A model generated the notes under the pieces. It was given only the letters and a program-made list of their open reading frames with translations. It did not search any database and had not been told where the DNA came from. Position numbers and translations under genes: made by a program. DNA of 64,000 nucleotides from Eledone cirrhosa (lineage: Eukaryota), in NCBI GenBank assembly GCA_964016885.1, contig OZ024749.1:43276001-43340000 (forward strand), in the 5' to 3' direction. This document shows, in pieces, positions 58,042-64,000 of this stretch (positions are counted from its first letter, which is position 1; every line of letters begins with the position of its first letter).

Positions 58042-58885
58042 GAAAATTCAACCATAACAACAACCATGTTAACAGCAATAGAAACAAAAACAACAAAAAC
58101 AAAAACAAAAAAAACGATAGCCCGAACGTGAATAAAGACAATGATAAACAATAGTAAGAAAGTCATGTAACGTTATTTTGTTTTTATAAATCCAATATGG
58201 TAATTCCACAAATTCTTACGTGTTCTTCCATCTTTATTTTATTTATATTTATATTTTGTTGTACCCTCCCCCCTTTTTTTTCTCACACTGGCTCTATTTT
58301 GTTAATATATTTTTCAATTTTTTTATATATTTTCCCGTGTTTTTCATCGTTTTATTGTAGCAATTTCTGATATCAAATTCAACATTGTATGATTTGCATA
58401 GTAAAACGCCTTCTAAACGCACAATATTATTGGCACTGTTGTACTTTTATTTATTTTTAAGCTAAGCCAACCTAGAATCTTTAATCGCTTATATTCTATT
58501 TCAATTGTTCGATATGACAATACATATATACTTCAAACATTCACAAAGCCGAAAGATTTTGATTTTTTTTAAACTCATATAACTTTCACGCTAAACGCTA
58601 AATATACCTGAAAATATATATAATCTTTCCTTTCGTTTTTTTTTTTTTTTGGTTTCTTTGTCTTTCAATCTTCCTTCCCCGATCACACCTTAACATTAAG
58701 CCTTTTTGTTGTTTTCAATGTCCTAAAATTCCCGAGTTCCTTTTAATATTTTTAGAAATAAAGAAATTATATATATATATATATATATATTACTATATTT
58801 CGTTTCTGAATTTGTTTAGCAAGATTCATTTAGCAAGATATTTTCTTATTACTATATATATATATATATATATATATTACTATAT

Positions 58886-59005
<120 letters not shown>

Positions 59006-59249
59006 CTATATTTTCCCCCAGATAGTTTTATGGCAGTTCGCGCTATATCAATATAAAGACAATGTGCCACTTTTTATACATTTACATATTTATGTATTTA
59101 ATATATATTTTCATTATAAAAAAATTTCTACTTTCTTTATTAGTTCATGTTTACTTCAGGTACTGTTTGCATTAAATAATATTAAATCGCATATTCCATT
59201 GTAGATATAGGTTTCGTCAATCTAGAAGTCATTATTGCTGATGTTGTTG

Positions 59250-59325
<76 letters not shown>

Positions 59326-60948
59326 CATCATCATCTTCATTTTTTTATTTATTTTTTGTACTTTTGAAATCAATTTCGCTTTTATTTATTTCTGTGTTTA
59401 CCAATCTGTACTTGTTGTTGCTGTTGTTGTTGTCTTCATAACGCTTTATTTAACGCTGTTTTGATGTTGCTATTGCTGCTAGTTTTAGTATTGTTGCTAG
59501 TGCCTTCGCTTTTCATGTTATTTTCTTTGTTTCTGTATTTTATTTCGTTATTACATATATCCTACATTCATGCCTGTTGCTGGTTTTTATTATTTCTTTC
59601 TTTCCAGTACTGCATTTCAAGATTAACGTATTAGCATTGTTGTCAAGTAACTATCTTTCTCAGCACGTTTCCCAGAAGCAAACAGCTCAACCAAGAACTA
59701 ATGTTGATTAATGTATTTTAAAGGCTTATGTCATATTGAACGCTTCCTACATTCAATCTCCGTTTATCGCTTCTTTCTTTTATCCTTTTTTTCCAATTCT
59801 CTTCCATTTTTGTCAATTATCTCCAGAAACTTTATATCCCGTCTGTACAATATTTTTATTAAGTCCTCTGTTGATCAGTGAGAGTTTTGTTATAACATAA
59901 AACATTTCTATGCAATGTTTATGTCCAGTCCAATATTGCAACTATTTTGTCACAGTCGCATTATCCTGTGAAGGTTTACATTGATATACATTTTCATATC
60001 CTATGCTTATTTGGTAGGAAACATCTACACACGGGTTTGTTAATTCAAATGCCTATAGTATCTTTACTAGTGAACACATAACTGTAAATCTACATGATTA
60101 TGTGATATTCGGTATTGATAGTAACTTAAGTGTGATAAGGGGTAAAGCTACCATGAACATTTTAATGTATTCACAAACAAGATTATTCCATTGTGCTAAA
60201 ATTCAACCAATATTTTATTACATATTTGTATGTATGTGTGTGTAGGCGTGTGTATGCATGTGTGTATCTATGCATACATATGTATGTGTGTATCTATGCA
60301 TACATATTTGTATATATGTATGTGTCTGTTCTTATGTTTGTGCCAGTGTCCTGTTTCAAATGATTCGACAAAAATAGATCAAGCAAATAATTACTTGAAA
60401 CCCTATATACTGGTATCAATATGTTCCATTAAACACACTTCATAACCGTGTACCAGCAGTGTCTCCGCCTAGAGATTAATGTCACTCAACGAATAACTTT
60501 TTTAATAATATATGTATTCAAATCCCACTTAATCTTGGTGTTAAAATTTAGGGTAATTGTTCATTGCCAACATTAGAACTTCCGTTCAGTTCCTATAGGA
60601 TAATGCTGGAGCAACTGAGTGCTGGGTGATTTACAAACTGCTATGCCTTTGAACTTGTTAAATGACTTATAGTTATATATTATACCCCAGCTCATATTTT
60701 AAAGGTTTTCTATTTAAATTAATACCTTCCAACATAATTTTATATACGTGTGTAGTAATTTAAACCCGTTGAGGGTTAGTTTAACTCATCTGTATCAGTA
60801 TTTCCAGTGAAAGGGAATCTGTTTAAAATAATTGATAAATAATCCTGAACAATTTTACTCAAGTTATTAATTATTTCATTATTAATAATAGTAAGATGAG
60901 ACTACTTTTTATGAGGATTAGAGTAGTATTAATTAAAGATCGAATAAG

Positions 60949-61165
60949 GGCGGTGGATTGGCAGTATCGGTAGAGGGTCGGACGCCATGCTTTGCAGCCT
61001 AGAGTTACGGCCCTTTATGATCTGAGTTAAAATCCCACCGAGGTTAACTTTGCCTTTCATCCTTATGGGGTCGATAAAATAAAGTACCAGTCACGCACTG
61101 GTGTTGATTTAATCAATATTTCCCTCCCCCAAAATTGCTGGCCTTGTGCCTATATAAGAAATCAT
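60949..61165 (+). mobile_element. SINE family 1, long form, full length
   Basis: TSD ATT(A/T)ATTAAAGATCG(A/T)ATAA. Confidence 0.9.
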
Positions 61166-61484
61166 TTATTAAAGATCGTATAACTGGTTAGCTTGTAGTT
61201 CTGTCATGATTAGGTTCATATTTCTTGCATCTTCCTACAATAAAATTGAAGTGAATGTTAGACGGCGGGTTTCACAATTCTTAGGATCCAGCAGCTATAA
61301 ATATTCTGATCTTTTTGTTATATCAGTTCTTTGAGGTGCAGTTTGAATCAGTTTATACATCTTTCTATTGAAGTTCTCATTCAAGGCTTCTTGCATAACC
61401 TATTATAAGTATTCACTACGTCTCAGCCCTCAATCCCCACCTCACTCTCTCTCACACACACACGCGCACAAAACACACACGCAT

Positions 61485-61537
<53 letters not shown>

Positions 61538-62733
61538 CGGAGGTGGGGGACTGCATACTTATTTATTTATAAGTATATAAAGATCTATATATGCATCTTT
61601 ATGTGATTTTATAGAGCATGTGGCATGTGTGGTTATGTATTTTTCTAATAAAATGAACATCTCGACTGTCACCGAAATTGGAAATAACTATCAATTTGAA
61701 CTCTGTTCTGTGACACAAAAAAAAAGGCAGATGAGGAAAAAATGGAAAGCCTCGTAATATTTTTGTAGAAATCTTCTTCCTTATTTACCAAATTATATTT
61801 CTAGCCTCCAGCATTTCATCATTACAGAAATATACTTCATTCTAATGTCAATCCAACTTCCCATCTTCCTTATTATTTCTTAGGATGAACCCTCTCATAT
61901 ATATTTTTTCAAAAAAATAAAATAAGACACATACATCTTGCCGGCAGCTGTACGAATATAATGTTTAAAAATACCAATACTAACAGGATGCTTTCAGTCG
62001 AACGATTTAGGAAATATAAAGGGAAAGAAAAAAAAAACATTAGCAAATGCGTGAAAAGAATGAGCTGCACGCAAATAAAACATTTGATGAATCTTGTATA
62101 CGTGGAAAGAAGGGAAATAAACTGTCTGAAAATACAACATGATTTCGTGCGTTACAAATGGTGTTTTACCGGCACAAAATAACTAATTCCTCGTCTTGTA
62201 TTTATATTTTTTCTCTCTTTTACCTTTTTTCAAGTTAACACTAAAAGCTAAATTGAGATAGCAAATATGATCACAAACAACACAAATAACAACATAAATA
62301 AACAAACATATATACTTTTAAAAAAAAGACAAATCAACAAATATATACAATTAATAAATAAAACTATTAGCAAATATATAAAATTAATATACGTATAATA
62401 CTAATAAATATAAAAAAAATATTCACGGTAAACTTTCAGCTTCCATTTTTTTTTTTTTTTGTACATTTTATTTTTTTGTTTATCGTCTTTACATTGCTGA
62501 CGTGAATTCGTTGTGATGTTAAAGTGATTAATAAACTGATAAATATTTACGAAAATGAATACTCGTTGTACTGAATGAATGAATAAAAGACTAGGGTGGT
62601 GGGAAGATTTAATCCGATAATCACATCATAAACAGATTTCCGTTGATAAACAGGTGCTGTGGAAAATGTGGGCAGGAAAAAAAAGGAAAATGAAAAAGAA
62701 AGCTAGCCGATCCATCCATCAACAACAATTGAC

Positions 62734-62805
<72 letters not shown>

Positions 62806-63433
62806 CAACAACAATACGTGCATACGTTTTATTCCACTTTTGAAGTGAAATAACACTCCACATTTGAATAGCATGAAATCTTTAAGCTGACTAAATGTAA
62901 CAAGTACAACAACTGCAACAACAACAATAATCGCCTGTAGAAAATATAACAAATTCAATACCATCGTATTTCATGTCTTTTACTTTGGCATTTTATTTCT
63001 CTTCTTATTTATTAATTTTCTTTGTTAACAATTGTCATTATAAATCTAAAAATAATTTCGTCAATTAATTCCATGTTTGCATCTTACAGAAAATGTTCAG
63101 CTGCGTTGTATTGAGTTAGATTGGAGCGTAAAATACATAAGATGCTGATAACGGTTTTCTTTTACTCATTTCTCATAAACTATTTTTTTTTTTTTTTTTT
63201 TAAATCATTATATTTTATATTTCTTATTATAATGTCTATGAAAAACAGTAAATATTTTTTTCAGTCCTGAAACACGAAAACAGACGGAAAAGCAAAGTGT
63301 ATATTTCCGTAAAACCAAAATGACTACAATAAACAAATAAATAAATAAATAGATAAACAAAAAAAATAAATAAATAAATAGATAAACAAAAAAAAAAGAA
63401 ATAATATATATATATATATATACATATATATAC

Positions 63434-63499
<66 letters not shown>

Positions 63500-63538
63500 G
63501 TATATAATATCTAAATATATATAGAGAGAGAGAGAGAA

Positions 63539-63602
<64 letters not shown>

Positions 63603-63678
63603 TAAGCCCAGCAAGCTTTAATTTCAAGAAAACACAATATCCAGACGAAGAATAACAGATCAATCATTAACTGTAGAA

Positions 63679-63868
63679 TAATTGTTTCTACTTTTGGCAC
63701 AAGGCCAGCAATTATCCCAGTGTATTAGGGGTACTTTATTTTATCGACCCCGTAAGGGTGAAAGGCAAAGTTAACCTCGGCGGAAATTTGAACTTAAATC
63801 ATAAAGGGCCGTAACTCTATGATGCAAAGCATGGCATCCGACTCTCTAACCATACTGCCAATCCACCG
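63679..63868 (-). mobile_element. SINE family 1
   Basis: TSD TTAACTGTAG..TAAT. Confidence 0.9.
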
Positions 63869-64000
63869 ACTTAACTGTAGTATAATGTCGTAAAACAGAA
63901 GTTCAAGCACGGGTTACACACACAACCACATATACACACACTTGTGTTTAACTTAGTTGGGCGGTTGCACAGATAATAGAATGAGTAAGTGTGGTACGGT

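Overview
This is 64 kb of very AT-rich, microsatellite-dense eukaryotic DNA. It is most likely intronic or intergenic sequence from an octopod cephalopod, inferred from my recollection of the dominant Octopus tRNA-derived SINE and from the (TA)n/(CA)n/(GA)n load. I found no credible host protein-coding gene, and almost all listed ORFs are translations of simple repeats. The recognisable content is transposon debris: about 16 copies of one tRNA-SINE, three other tRNA-SINE copies, and 3' fragments of R4/Dong-like (in TAA arrays), Tx1/L1-like, RTE-like and CRE-like non-LTR retrotransposons. There are also TA-flanked Tc/mariner-type MITEs and a complete non-autonomous Helitron. The main hidden signal is a population of short elements sitting in or against (TA)n tracts that carry minimal type I hammerhead ribozymes. 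Three copies of one family have intact cores with different but still-paired stem II sequences, and several others are decayed or halved. Many of these elements share one architecture: a short inverted arm, then a ribozyme or half-ribozyme, then a long arm with a tail running into (TA)n. In several the inversion centre falls on the predicted ribozyme stem II or III. They resemble Penelope-like pLTR or retrozyme relics, possibly formed by ribozyme-hairpin-primed fold-back. All alignments and folds were done by eye and coordinates may be off by a few bases.
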